DNA of 64,000 bases. It comes from an uncultured Planctomycetaceae bacterium. Lineage in GTDB: Bacteria > Planctomycetota > Phycisphaerae > SM23-33. A program made the position numbers and the translations under genes. The DNA lies in contig CAZXSK010000001.1 of the NCBI GenBank assembly GCA_964642855.1, positions 111,637 to 175,636 of the forward strand. Direction: 5' to 3'. This document shows, in pieces, positions 28,918 through 38,185 of the stretch (within the stretch, counting starts at the first letter, position 1; every line of letters starts with the position of its first letter). The notes beneath the pieces are model-generated. The model ran no database searches. It was not told the origin of the DNA and saw only the letters and a program-made list of their open reading frames with translations.

Positions 28918-29030
28918 ACTCGCCGGCCACATCGCTCCCTTCCGGGCTGGCTGCGGCACCTTATCGCTCGCGACAGGTTGCCGTGCGGTCACAGGGCCAG
29001 TACCCTCACGCACTCTTGATGCCGAACTCA
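28918..29030 (-). promoter_or_regulatory. putative SAM-I (S-box) riboswitch in the metY leader
   Basis: The mRNA-sense sequence GGCAUCAAGAGUGCGUGAGGGUACUGGCCCUGUGACCGCACGGCAACC...AAGGUGCC...CCCGGAAGGG...GAUGUGGCC carries the conserved SAM-I blocks AUCAAGAG, GAGGG, CUGGCCC, GCAACC and GGUGC. It lies about 160 nt upstream of the metY ATG. Confidence 0.6.
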
Positions 29031-29107
29031 CTATCGGTGGACGGCGGGGAAGCGTCAAGCGAAAAAAAGAAAGAGAGCAGGCCGCGGCCGCATGGCTCCG
29101 GACGGAT

Positions 29108-29539
29108 CTACCCCTGCAGGACGCTGTCGATCTTCTCGCGAAGGTCCTCGATGCGGAACGGTTTGGCGACCACCTCCGAGAAGCCGTGTGCCTTGTAGTC
29201 CTGCAGGTCCGGCGAGCTCGAATAGCCCGAAGACATGATCCCGCGGACCCCGGGATCGATCGCCCGAAGCTCCGCCATCGCCTCCCTGCCCCCCATTCCC
29301 TCCTGCACGGTCAGGTCCATCAGGACCACGTGGAAAGGCCTGCCGCTTTCCATCGCCAAGCGGTATTTCTCCACGGCCGAGGCGCCCTCGGGAGCCGTCT
29401 CCACGTCGTAGCCGAGGCGGCTGAGCAGTTTCTCGGTCACGGTAAGGACGGCCGGCTCGTCGTCCATCACCAGGACGCGCAGAGAGCCTTGTTCCGGCCC
29501 GTAGCCTTCGTTTTCCGCATATGTGCCGAAACCGGCCAT
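29108..29539 (-). CDS. single-domain response regulator (CheY-like receiver)
   Basis: RVLVMDDEPAVLTVTEKLLSRLGYDV...HVVLMDLTVQEGMGGREA...IMSSGY. Start MAGFGTYAE is internal to track ORF 29108..29611. Confidence 0.8.
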   Translation of the reverse strand: MAGFGTYAENEGYGPEQGSLRVLVMDDEPAVLTVTEKLLSRLGYDVETAPEGASAVEKYRLAMESGRPFHVVLMDLTVQEGMGGREAMAELRAIDPGVRGIMSSGYSSSPDLQDYKAHGFSEVVAKPFRIEDLREKIDSVLQG

Positions 29540-29800
29540 AGTCGCTCCACCGGTGAGATGTGCAGGCCGCTGCCCCCTCTGACCCTCGATGAGGGCAATC
29601 TTCCTTGCCACTTGGAATTATAATCGCGAACCAACCTGGTGCGAGATAATTTCTGCGGAGAGTCTTCTGCTGCCTGCCCCACCGGGAGTTGTCCGCGCCC
29701 AACGACCAGTCATGCCTTTTCTCGTTGCGTTTCTTCGTCCGGGCTGCAGAATGCAGACGGTCCGAGATCCAACTCGATGTTCCATCAGCCGAGGCCCCCG

Positions 29801-30820
29801 ATGAGTTCTGCTTTCATTCTGGCTGCCGACCTGGGCGAGCTGCCCGGCCAGTTGCTGCACATCCTGTACTACATCGTCCTGCCGATTCTGCTGCTGGCCG
29901 GCGTGGGCTACCTGCTGCAGCGCGTGGTCCGGCTGGACATGCCCACGCTGCGCAAGCTCAACTTCTATTTTGTCATCCCGTGCATGATCTACGGTTCGGT
30001 GGTCACGGCCCGGGTGACCCCTGGCGACGTGGGAACGGTGGTGCTGTTCGCCCTGGCGCTGCTGGCGTGCATGGGAGTCATCACCTACCTGGCTTGCATT
30101 GTGCGTCGCGTTCCCCGCGACCGGCGATCCGCCGCCGTGATGACGGTGATTTTCCACAACTCGGGCAATTTCGGGCTGCCGCTGCAGGATCTCGCCTTCC
30201 GCAGCCAAGGGCTGGGCGCTGAGGCCAAGAGTCTCCAGGCGTTCGTGATGATCACTCAGAACTTCGTGACATTTACGCTGGGGATCGTGTTGGCTGCCTC
30301 GGGAGGCTCGCACGAGCGGCGATGGCGCGACAACCTGATGCACATCGTGAAGTTCCCCCCGGTCTACGCCCTGGCCGCGGGGGTTCTTACCGTGCAGATC
30401 CGCCAGTGGATCGGCTCGGAGGGGGCCACCGACGCACTTGGGGCATTGCGCCCCTTCTGGGAAGTAATCAAGCATATCAAGGGGGCGTTCATCGCCATCG
30501 CGCTATGCACGCTGGGCGCCCAGCTTGCGCTCGTCTCCCGCGGAGGCAGGAAGTACCCCGTCACGATGTCGGTGATCCTGCGGCTGCTGGTCGGCCCGGC
30601 CGTCGGGCTGGGTTTGATTTTCCTGATGGGCCTGCAGGGCTTTCTCGCCCAGATGCTGCTGATCAGCACGTCCAGCCCCACGGCGGTCAACTGCATGATG
30701 ATCTGCCTGGAGTTCGACAACCACCCGGACTACGCAGCGAAGGCGGTGTTCTACTCCACGCTGATCTCGCCGGTAACGGTCACGCTGGTGATCTTCCTGT
30801 CAGGGACGGGGATCGTCTGA
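29801..30820 (+). CDS. AEC-family (auxin efflux carrier-like) membrane transporter
   Basis: MSSAFILAADLGELPGQLLHILYYIVLPILLLAGVGYLL, with about ten transmembrane helices and AEC-like topology. Confidence 0.8.
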   Translation: MSSAFILAADLGELPGQLLHILYYIVLPILLLAGVGYLLQRVVRLDMPTLRKLNFYFVIPCMIYGSVVTARVTPGDVGTVVLFALALLACMGVITYLACIVRRVPRDRRSAAVMTVIFHNSGNFGLPLQDLAFRSQGLGAEAKSLQAFVMITQNFVTFTLGIVLAASGGSHERRWRDNLMHIVKFPPVYALAAGVLTVQIRQWIGSEGATDALGALRPFWEVIKHIKGAFIAIALCTLGAQLALVSRGGRKYPVTMSVILRLLVGPAVGLGLIFLMGLQGFLAQMLLISTSSPTAVNCMMICLEFDNHPDYAAKAVFYSTLISPVTVTLVIFLSGTGIV

Positions 30821-30857
30821 GCCAGCGGGGCCCGCTCGTCTGTCCCGCGCGAAGCGA

Positions 30858-31697
30858 TCACCTGCGGAACACGTCGGTGATCTCGAAGCGGGCGACATGG
30901 GCTTTGTGCTTCTCGCAGACGACGAATTCGAACTCCGCGTGCGTCTGGTCCTTCTGCACCTGGAACTCGTAGGTAATCTTGCCCTTGTCCCCGAACGGCG
31001 TGCCCTTGACCCACCTGCCCCCGCCGATGCGATTGCCCTCTTTGTCGATGGCGTAGATCGCCTCCACGAAGGGCCCGTCCGTCCCCTCCTTGCGGCGCTC
31101 GTAGTCCGCCACGAGCGTCAGCACCTGCTTCTCGCTCATCTTCAGCATGCGAATCCGAAGCCGCACGTCGTCGTGCACCTTCTCGGGCTTCTCCATCACC
31201 ACCGCCGGAAGTCGCTGGGTCTTGCGCTCCTCGCCGACGATCACCCGCGCCTCGGCGACGATCTTGTCGATCGTGTAGGGATTGGCGGTCACGTACATGT
31301 CTTTCAGCTCGATCGCAGCAGTGCGCTCGTGAAAGGCGTTGTAGTCGACCGTCTTGTGCGGTTCGTACTTCTTCGAGGTCTCGAGCATGTTCTCGCCATC
31401 GGCATCCAGGACCTTGACGACCTTGACGTACTCGCACACGCCCACCGCATCGATCTCGAAAGGCCGGCGGATGGCGCCTTTCAACTCGATCTTGTAGTCC
31501 GATCGCTTGGGCTGCTGGAAGTCGACGTCGCAGTCGGTCTCCATTTCGTGCCATTGCAGCCGGAACTCGAGCTTCTCATCCTGGAAGCCGTCGACCTGGT
31601 CGTTCCAGTTTGCCACATCCGCGAGCACTGCCGCGGACACACACGCAACACCTGCCAGGGACGCAATCATCCACCGTTTCCATCGACGGGACATCAT
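30858..31697 (-). CDS. secreted hypothetical protein
   Basis: MMSRRWKRWMIASLAGVACVSAAVLA signal peptide. No recognisable motifs. Confidence 0.55.
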   Translation of the reverse strand: MMSRRWKRWMIASLAGVACVSAAVLADVANWNDQVDGFQDEKLEFRLQWHEMETDCDVDFQQPKRSDYKIELKGAIRRPFEIDAVGVCEYVKVVKVLDADGENMLETSKKYEPHKTVDYNAFHERTAAIELKDMYVTANPYTIDKIVAEARVIVGEERKTQRLPAVVMEKPEKVHDDVRLRIRMLKMSEKQVLTLVADYERRKEGTDGPFVEAIYAIDKEGNRIGGGRWVKGTPFGDKGKITYEFQVQKDQTHAEFEFVVCEKHKAHVARFEITDVFRR

Positions 31698-31864
31698 GGC
31701 TGATCTCCTTTTCTGCGAATCAGGGCACGGGTCTGCCGGAGCAGGATACCACACGCCGCGACCAGCCGCACCAAACCACCCGGTTGACGCCGACTGGCGA
31801 TACTCTTAGAACACGGATATCGAATGGAGTTCCCGCGACGCATGCCGTCCCAGTGGAGAGGCAC

Positions 31865-32659
31865 ATGAGCGCCATCGACGTACACACACACGCCTTCCCC
31901 GATTCGCTCGCCAAACGGGCCATCAAAACACTCGCCGCCCAGGGCGACTGGGACGCGGTCGGCAACGGGAAGGTCAAGGGCCTGGTCAAGTCGATGGACC
32001 GCGCCGACATCGACATCTCGGTGGTCTGTGCCATCGCCACCAAGCCCGGCCAGACCGACGCCATCCTGGATTGGTGCAAGCAGATCCGCTCCGACCGGAT
32101 CGAGGCGTTCCCGTCGGTCCATCCCGACACGCCCGACGCCGCCGACGCGGTACTCCGAATCGTCGAGGAGGGATTCCACGGCATCAAGCTGCACCCGATG
32201 TACCAGGACTTCGCCGCCGACGAGCCGCGAATGGACCCCATCTACGCTGCCGCCCAGGAAGCTGGGCTGGTGGTCACGTTCCACTGCGGCCGCGACATCG
32301 CCTTCCCCGAAGACGACGACCGCGCCGCCCCGGCGCGCATGCGATCGGTCATCGACCGCTACCCGAATCTGCAACTCCTCTGCACGCACATGGGAGGCTG
32401 GGAGGACTGGGACGACGCCTTCGAGAACCTCCTCGACACCGGCGCCTATATCGAGACGTCCTTCTCGCTCGACCGCCTGCCCGTCGAGAAAGCGAGGGAC
32501 ATGATCCTCCGGTACGGTACGGATCGCGTGATGTACGGCTCGGACTGGCCGTGGAACGACCAGGGCGAGGAAATCGCCCGCATACGCCGGCTGGAGCTCG
32601 ACGACAACGTCACCCGCGCGATCCTCTGGGGCAACGCAGCAAGAATGCTCGGATACTGA
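31865..32659 (+). CDS. amidohydrolase-2 family metal-dependent hydrolase (TIM barrel)
   Basis: MSAIDVHTHAF...GFHGIKLHP...VVTFHCG...CTHMGGW...YGSDWPW, the HxH...H...H...D pattern of amidohydrolase_2. Confidence 0.8.
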   Translation: MSAIDVHTHAFPDSLAKRAIKTLAAQGDWDAVGNGKVKGLVKSMDRADIDISVVCAIATKPGQTDAILDWCKQIRSDRIEAFPSVHPDTPDAADAVLRIVEEGFHGIKLHPMYQDFAADEPRMDPIYAAAQEAGLVVTFHCGRDIAFPEDDDRAAPARMRSVIDRYPNLQLLCTHMGGWEDWDDAFENLLDTGAYIETSFSLDRLPVEKARDMILRYGTDRVMYGSDWPWNDQGEEIARIRRLELDDNVTRAILWGNAARMLGY

Positions 32660-32663
32660 GGGG

Positions 32664-33653
32664 CTACTCCGCCCCATCCAGGCATCCGAACTCCACGAAG
32701 GCTTCGCACGCGACGTCCTGGATCGACGGGTCGAGCCCGATGGCCTGGTCCGAGGGATACCGCCCGGCTATGAAACCCCCGCCGAAGCTGCCCAGGCGGT
32801 CAATGAGCAGCTTCGCCTCCCGGCGAATGACATCGCGGTCCCGGGTCTGAAGCGTCTTCTGGATGTCGACCGTGCACCAGAACGACGCCTGCCCGCCGAA
32901 GCGTTCGGCAAGCTCCTCGATACCGTGCAGACGGGGCTGGTCGAACTGGAAACAGTCCACCCCGCACTCGATCATGTCCCCGATAACGGCTGTCATCTTG
33001 CCGCACGAATGCATGATCACCCGCAGCCCGCGCTTGCGGGCGTGGCCGGCGAGGGCCTCGAACTCCGGCCGGAAAATGTCCCGCCACGTCTCGGGCGACA
33101 CCATCAGCCGGTCCTGCGTGCCCCAGTCCTCGGGGAACATCACGGCGTCTGCGCCGGCGTCGGCGAGGCAGTCGATCGCTTTGAGCAGTTCGCCCCGGAC
33201 AATTCCGTGAAGCCGATCCACCATCTCACGCTCCAGCAGGAGGTCGCACAGGTAGTTGTCCAGCCTGCGCAGCTTGCGGGCGATATTGAACGTGAAGCCC
33301 GGGATGTGGCCGATGCGGAAATGCCGATCGTCCTGCGAAAAGCGTTCACGCGTGTCTGCGTAGTCCTCAGCCCGACCGAGATCGGGCGGCTGGTAACTGT
33401 CCAGGTCGGACCAGTCGGCGATGGCAGCCCCGACCACCTCGCCCTTGTCGAAATCGGTCAGCGACGCCCAGGTAACGCCCCATTCATCCTTCCATCGCGA
33501 AAGCTCGTCACCTCGGGGTTCCAGGCGCCGGGCGGACGAAGCCGCCCTTCCACCGTGGATCCCGTCGACAGGGAACCGGCCGCCGAGCATCATCGCGATG
33601 CGTGGCGGACCTGCGAAGTCCAGCGTAGCTTGGAAGATCTCCCGCGGCGTCAC
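32664..33653 (-). CDS. uroporphyrinogen decarboxylase (URO-D) family protein / MtaA-like methyltransferase
   Basis: URO-D fold signature regions (FPEDWGTQDRLMVSPE, IMHSCGKMTAVIGDMIECGVD). Confidence 0.75.
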   Translation of the reverse strand: MTPREIFQATLDFAGPPRIAMMLGGRFPVDGIHGGRAASSARRLEPRGDELSRWKDEWGVTWASLTDFDKGEVVGAAIADWSDLDSYQPPDLGRAEDYADTRERFSQDDRHFRIGHIPGFTFNIARKLRRLDNYLCDLLLEREMVDRLHGIVRGELLKAIDCLADAGADAVMFPEDWGTQDRLMVSPETWRDIFRPEFEALAGHARKRGLRVIMHSCGKMTAVIGDMIECGVDCFQFDQPRLHGIEELAERFGGQASFWCTVDIQKTLQTRDRDVIRREAKLLIDRLGSFGGGFIAGRYPSDQAIGLDPSIQDVACEAFVEFGCLDGAE

Positions 33654-34219
33654 TGCACTTCCCTCGGGCCCGTGCTGAAGCTGAATTGCGGCTCATCCAC
33701 CTCCAGGACCTTCCATGCGTCGTCGATCCGGATCCACGTCACCCGCCACTGGATGGGCACTTTGCGATTCTCGTCGTACGTGATGTTGCTCCCGAAACTG
33801 CTTTTCGCCCGGTCGCCGTCGACCTCGATCACCTCGTCGTAAAACGCCAGACCATCCGGCTGGCGGATCTTCACAATGCCCTTCAGCACCGTCAGAGCCT
33901 GCCATCGATTGAGCCGCTTGCCTTCGTAGGTCACCTGCATGTCCGGGGCGACGTGGCTGTCAACAGCCTCAACGATTCTGCCCACTTCGGTCGCGGCTTC
34001 AAACTCGCGAAGGACTCCAAGGATCTGCTCGCGATCGGTCACCACAAACCGCTCAAGGGTGTACGCCCCGATGGCAAGCAAGGGCGGAATGAGCATCGCC
34101 ACCAGCAGCTTGCGGCTTCGATGGGCAAACCACAGCCCCACGACCACCGCCATGGCCACCAACAGGAGTGCGTAGACAATCGTGGGGTCCTCGAACAGGA
34201 TCTCCGTGATCGTATCCAT
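33650..34219 (-). CDS. hypothetical membrane protein (2 TM)
   Basis: MDTITEILFEDPTIVYALLLVAMAVVVGLWFAHRSRKLLVAMLIPPLLAIGAYTL. 4-nt overlap (ATGA) with the preceding URO-D-like gene. Confidence 0.55.
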   Translation of the reverse strand: MDTITEILFEDPTIVYALLLVAMAVVVGLWFAHRSRKLLVAMLIPPLLAIGAYTLERFVVTDREQILGVLREFEAATEVGRIVEAVDSHVAPDMQVTYEGKRLNRWQALTVLKGIVKIRQPDGLAFYDEVIEVDGDRAKSSFGSNITYDENRKVPIQWRVTWIRIDDAWKVLEVDEPQFSFSTGPREVQ

Positions 34220-34308
34220 GGCCGGATTATACGCATGTGCAAGTGCAGGCTAAAGAATTTTGGCCGGCTGCGGCGATACTGGATAGTGTCCCCAGAGAAA
34301 GTCGCCCG

Positions 34309-34566
34309 ATGAGCTCAGCCAAGGATGACCGGAAACCCGACCGGAGGTACCTGAAGATCTCCCAGGCCGCCCGCGAGGCCGGCGTCACCAAGAGTACCAT
34401 TGAGTACTACATCCTGATCGGACTCATCGAGCCCATCCGCCCTGAACGCAGCAGCCGCCGGTACTTCGACGACCGACTGGTCGACCGCATCCGTCTGATC
34501 CGCAAGCTGAACCAGTCCGGCTACACCCTCCGCGCGATCCGCGAGACCTACCTTCGCGCCCGGTAA
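34309..34566 (+). CDS. MerR-family HTH transcriptional regulator (small)
   Basis: YLKISQAAREAGVTKSTIEYYILIGLI is a MerR-type helix-turn-helix. 85 aa. Start MSSAKDD is internal to track ORF 34237..34566. Confidence 0.75.
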   Translation: MSSAKDDRKPDRRYLKISQAAREAGVTKSTIEYYILIGLIEPIRPERSSRRYFDDRLVDRIRLIRKLNQSGYTLRAIRETYLRAR

Positions 34567-34627
34567 GGACCTCCGAATTGCGGGCCGAGGCTACTGACGC
34601 TGGGATCCGCATTCGGAAGCCGCTAGA

Positions 34628-36292
34628 ATGGCGGCCGGTCTTTCGAAAGATCCGTCCATGGCACGAAGCTTCATCCGAATCTCGCTAGCGACGAAGTTCC
34701 GCCTCCTGTTCGGAGCGGCGGTGCTGGGCATTATCGCCGCTGCGCTGGTCGTGCCATGGTACTTCATGGAACTCCTCGCCGAACAGTCCCTCCAGAGGCC
34801 CGCCCAGGAGCTTGCGAGGCTGCGATACCAGGAATGGATCCAGAAACACCCGGAGAAGGAGTCTCGCCACCAGGCCCGCGACGCCCACAGTGAAATCGTC
34901 AGGCTGTATTCCAATGACCCCGACATGCCGGACTCCAAGGGACCCTACCTGGTAACGTTGTCGCCGGAAGGTAAGCCCTCGCGCGGGCTCGGCCCAGCCG
35001 GTGAACAGGCGCTCAAGGCCTTCAGGGACAGGCCGGACCAGAAGCAGGCGATGATCCGCTCGAAAGATGAGGAAGGCGATACCATCTATCGGTATTTCCA
35101 GGCGATTCGGGCCGTGCCCGACTGCACGAAGTGCCACAACAATACCATGCAGCCGGTGGAGATGCAGTTCCAGCAAGGGCAGCTGGTGGGCATGATCGAC
35201 CTGTCGCTGCCCGGGACGACCTCTTCGGGCCCGCTTGCATTCTGGACGCGGACTGCGTTCGTGATCGGCGGAGTGCTCGCGACTCTTCTTGCGTTCCTGC
35301 TGTTTGCAGCGATCACCCAACGGCTGGTGCTGCGTCCGGTCCGACAGCTCCGGGAAATGGCGGACAGCGTCGCCGAGGGAGACCTGAGTGTCCGTAGTTC
35401 GGTCCGGACACAGGACGAGCTTCAACGTCTCGGCGAGAGTTTCGACGACATGCTCGACGCCATCGAGGACCAGACCGAAAGGCTGCAGTCGGCGAACCGA
35501 GCGTTGGACCTGAAGCTCAGTGAGGTGGCGGAAGCAAACGTCACGCTGTTCCACGCCAACCGCGTCAAGAGCGAGTTCGTAGCCAACATCTCCCACGAGC
35601 TCCGCACGCCGCTCAACAGCATCATCGGGTTTGCGGACCTGCTACAGAGCAGCCAGGACGAGCGGGCCACGCGATGGGGCAGCAATATCTCCATCGCGGC
35701 GAAGAACCTTCTGAGCATGATCAACGACATGCTCGACCTGGCGCGAATCGAGGCGGGCAAGGCCGATGTCCGAATCGAGAAGGTGTCTCTCTCCGACCTC
35801 TGCCAGACGCTGGTGGCACTGATGAAGCCACTCGCTGACAAGCGCGAGCTCTCGCTGAGAACCGACATCGCCGGCGACCTGCCCATTCTGTTCACCGACC
35901 CGGGCAAGCTCCAGCAGGTGCTCTACAACCTGCTATCCAACGCGGTGAAGTTCACCCCGGCCGGGGGGGAGGTCAGGCTCTGGGCAAGACGCAAGGGCAA
36001 GGCTGTTTCGGGAGACACCGGAGGCGAGATCCTCGTCTCGGTACAGGATACGGGCCCGGGCATTCCCGAAGCCGATCAACAGCACATCTTCGAGAAGTTC
36101 TACCAGGTCGACCGGACGTTGACGCGCGAGTCGGCTGGAACAGGCCTTGGCCTGGCGATCGCCAAGGAACTCACCACCCTCCTGAAGGGCAAGCTCACAC
36201 TGGAAAGCTCACCCGGTGAAGGGGCGACGTTTACGATCACACTGCCGGTCGATGCCAGACCCGAAAAGCCCGACCGTGACAACGACCGGTAG
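34628..36292 (+). CDS. sensor histidine kinase with periplasmic CxxCH (heme-c, DUF3365/Tll0287-like) sensor, HAMP, HisKA and HATPase_c
   Basis: TM1, then a periplasmic domain containing AVPDCTKCHNNTMQ, then TM2, HAMP, ISHELRTPLNSI (H-box), and the N, G1 (VQDTGPGIP) and G2 (GTGLGLAI) boxes. Alternative start at 34658. Confidence 0.9.
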   Translation: MAAGLSKDPSMARSFIRISLATKFRLLFGAAVLGIIAAALVVPWYFMELLAEQSLQRPAQELARLRYQEWIQKHPEKESRHQARDAHSEIVRLYSNDPDMPDSKGPYLVTLSPEGKPSRGLGPAGEQALKAFRDRPDQKQAMIRSKDEEGDTIYRYFQAIRAVPDCTKCHNNTMQPVEMQFQQGQLVGMIDLSLPGTTSSGPLAFWTRTAFVIGGVLATLLAFLLFAAITQRLVLRPVRQLREMADSVAEGDLSVRSSVRTQDELQRLGESFDDMLDAIEDQTERLQSANRALDLKLSEVAEANVTLFHANRVKSEFVANISHELRTPLNSIIGFADLLQSSQDERATRWGSNISIAAKNLLSMINDMLDLARIEAGKADVRIEKVSLSDLCQTLVALMKPLADKRELSLRTDIAGDLPILFTDPGKLQQVLYNLLSNAVKFTPAGGEVRLWARRKGKAVSGDTGGEILVSVQDTGPGIPEADQQHIFEKFYQVDRTLTRESAGTGLGLAIAKELTTLLKGKLTLESSPGEGATFTITLPVDARPEKPDRDNDR

Positions 36293-36357
36293 GCCTCCGT
36301 CACCGGAGGTCATGGATCGAATCGAGACTCTGTCTCCACGGGCAGCCAAGGCCCAGA

Positions 36358-36822
36358 CTAGTACCAGACCGTCACGATGATATTGGGCTCGGCCTTCTTG
36401 CCGGTCATGGTTCCCACCATGTGCCCCACGTGCTTGACCTCGATGTCCTCATTGCTGTCGATCCACTCGTTGATCGTTTCCTCCATGTGCTCGATGGAGG
36501 AGTCGGCGATCTTGCAGTGGAACATCCTGCAACGTGTGGCTCCCTTACCGGTTACGTTCAGAGGCCGATTGAACTGCTTGTTGCTGGCCTCGTGTTTGGC
36601 GGCAGCCGACCCGAACGCCCGGACCGCCCCCGAGGGGGCCTCCGTGACATCCACCAGACTGATGGCTTCTTCCTCTTCTTCCTCTTTCCCTTCCTCGACG
36701 GGCTCCAGAACGGCCTCGTCTTCGTCCACCTCCCGCACCGCTTCCTCGTGAGAAATCGGGATGGGCTGTGCGCTTCCTGGCTTCGTCCCCTCTGCCGACA
36801 TACCTTCGTTCTGATCGGACAT
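36358..36822 (-). CDS. hypothetical acidic protein with conserved C-terminal domain
   Basis: GGGAG Shine-Dalgarno, then ATG: MSDQNEGMSAEG. An acidic E/D-rich linker is followed by the C-terminal ...CRMFHCKIADSSIEHMEETINEWIDSNEDIEVKHVGHMVGTMTGKKAEPNIIVTVWY. Start is internal to track ORF 36358..37152. Confidence 0.5.
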   Translation of the reverse strand: MSDQNEGMSAEGTKPGSAQPIPISHEEAVREVDEDEAVLEPVEEGKEEEEEEAISLVDVTEAPSGAVRAFGSAAAKHEASNKQFNRPLNVTGKGATRCRMFHCKIADSSIEHMEETINEWIDSNEDIEVKHVGHMVGTMTGKKAEPNIIVTVWY

Positions 36823-36952
36823 CGATACACTCCCTGCAGTGACCTGCGAACTGGATTGAAAAGATGTGATAGCCTGCATAGTATCGGGCTTGGCAGGTAC
36901 GGTCAAGGCATCAGCTTCCCGAGGAATATCCCCAGGAGCATCCGCCAGCCCC

Positions 36953-38182
36953 ATGGACACAAGCCAACCCCCACGACACCGCCCGATCGAGATCGACAGC
37001 TCAGACAGCAGCTCTGTCGACCAGTCCGTCCCCGCCGAGAGGCCCGGATCGAGTCTGACCGACAAGCTGGTGATCCTCATCGTGTTCGCCCTGGCACTGA
37101 CGGCGGCGGTCGTGCTGCCCTTCCTCGCCAACAACGACCATCCCTCCCCCACCGGGGCGCCCCTGCATCCGTCGTCGGCTGGGGAGTTCAGGGGTTTCGC
37201 ACTGCAACTGCACTACTGCGACCCCAACCATCCTTATGAGCAGCTGATCGATGAGATTGCAGACACCGGCGCCAACGCCCTGCAGCTCGTGCCCATCGCC
37301 CAGCAGGAACACGCCTCGTCCAGCGCGATCTTCATGGATATCCGCCGCACGCCCAGCCGGACCCACGTGGTTCGCCTGATCCGCCATGCCAAGCGCAGGG
37401 GCTTGAGAGTGGTCCTCATGCCCATTGTGCTTCTGGAAAACCCCCTGCCCGGCCAGTGGCGGGGTATGATCGAACCAGCCGACCGGGCCCTATGGTGGGA
37501 AGACTACGCCGAGCTGATTCTGCACTTCGCGTCGATCGCCGAGGAGGGCAACGTCGACGTATTCATGGTCGGCTCGGAACTGGTGCGTACCGAATCGCAG
37601 GAGCAGCAATGGCGGCACCTGGTCTCGCGCGTACGGGAAGCCTTCAGCGGCCGGATCGGGTACTCCGCCAACTGGGACCATTACGTCAACATCGCCTGGT
37701 GGGACGCCGTCGACATTGTCGGCATGACCACGTATCACGACCTGACGCGAGACGGGCTCCGCAAGCCCACACTCACAAACATGCTCGACGAATGGCAACG
37801 CATTCGCCGGCGCATTCTCGACTGGCAGAAGACCGTTAACCGTCCCATTCTGTTTACCGAGGTGGGCTGGCCGAATCAAAGCACAGCCGCCCGCAAGCCG
37901 TGGAACTATCGCGCAGCCCCTCGGGAACCTGCACCGGACCTTCAGGCGAATTGTTTCGAGGCGTTCTTTCGCACCTGGTTCGGCCAGGAAAGCGTAGCCG
38001 GGTACGTCGTGTGGGAATGGCGGTCGGACGCTGGAGACTGGCCGGACGAAACCGACACCGGTTACGTGCCTGCCGGCAAGCCCGCCATGGATGTCATCCG
38101 GCGTTGGTTCCACAGGCAGCCGCCGCGTGCGGAATCGCCTTCGTCGGGCAGAATCGAACAAGTCGAGCAGGGAGCCAGTTAG
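36953..38182 (+). CDS. membrane-anchored glycoside hydrolase, clan GH-A TIM-barrel (GH5/GH113-like)
   Basis: Transmembrane helix LVILIVFALALTAAVVLPFL. Candidate catalytic glutamates in VFMVGSEL and ILFTEVGWPN. Start is ATG at 36953 (the alternative at 36866 would leave only 43 bp of divergent promoter space). Confidence 0.6.
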   Translation: MDTSQPPRHRPIEIDSSDSSSVDQSVPAERPGSSLTDKLVILIVFALALTAAVVLPFLANNDHPSPTGAPLHPSSAGEFRGFALQLHYCDPNHPYEQLIDEIADTGANALQLVPIAQQEHASSSAIFMDIRRTPSRTHVVRLIRHAKRRGLRVVLMPIVLLENPLPGQWRGMIEPADRALWWEDYAELILHFASIAEEGNVDVFMVGSELVRTESQEQQWRHLVSRVREAFSGRIGYSANWDHYVNIAWWDAVDIVGMTTYHDLTRDGLRKPTLTNMLDEWQRIRRRILDWQKTVNRPILFTEVGWPNQSTAARKPWNYRAAPREPAPDLQANCFEAFFRTWFGQESVAGYVVWEWRSDAGDWPDETDTGYVPAGKPAMDVIRRWFHRQPPRAESPSSGRIEQVEQGAS

Positions 38183-38185
38183 TCC

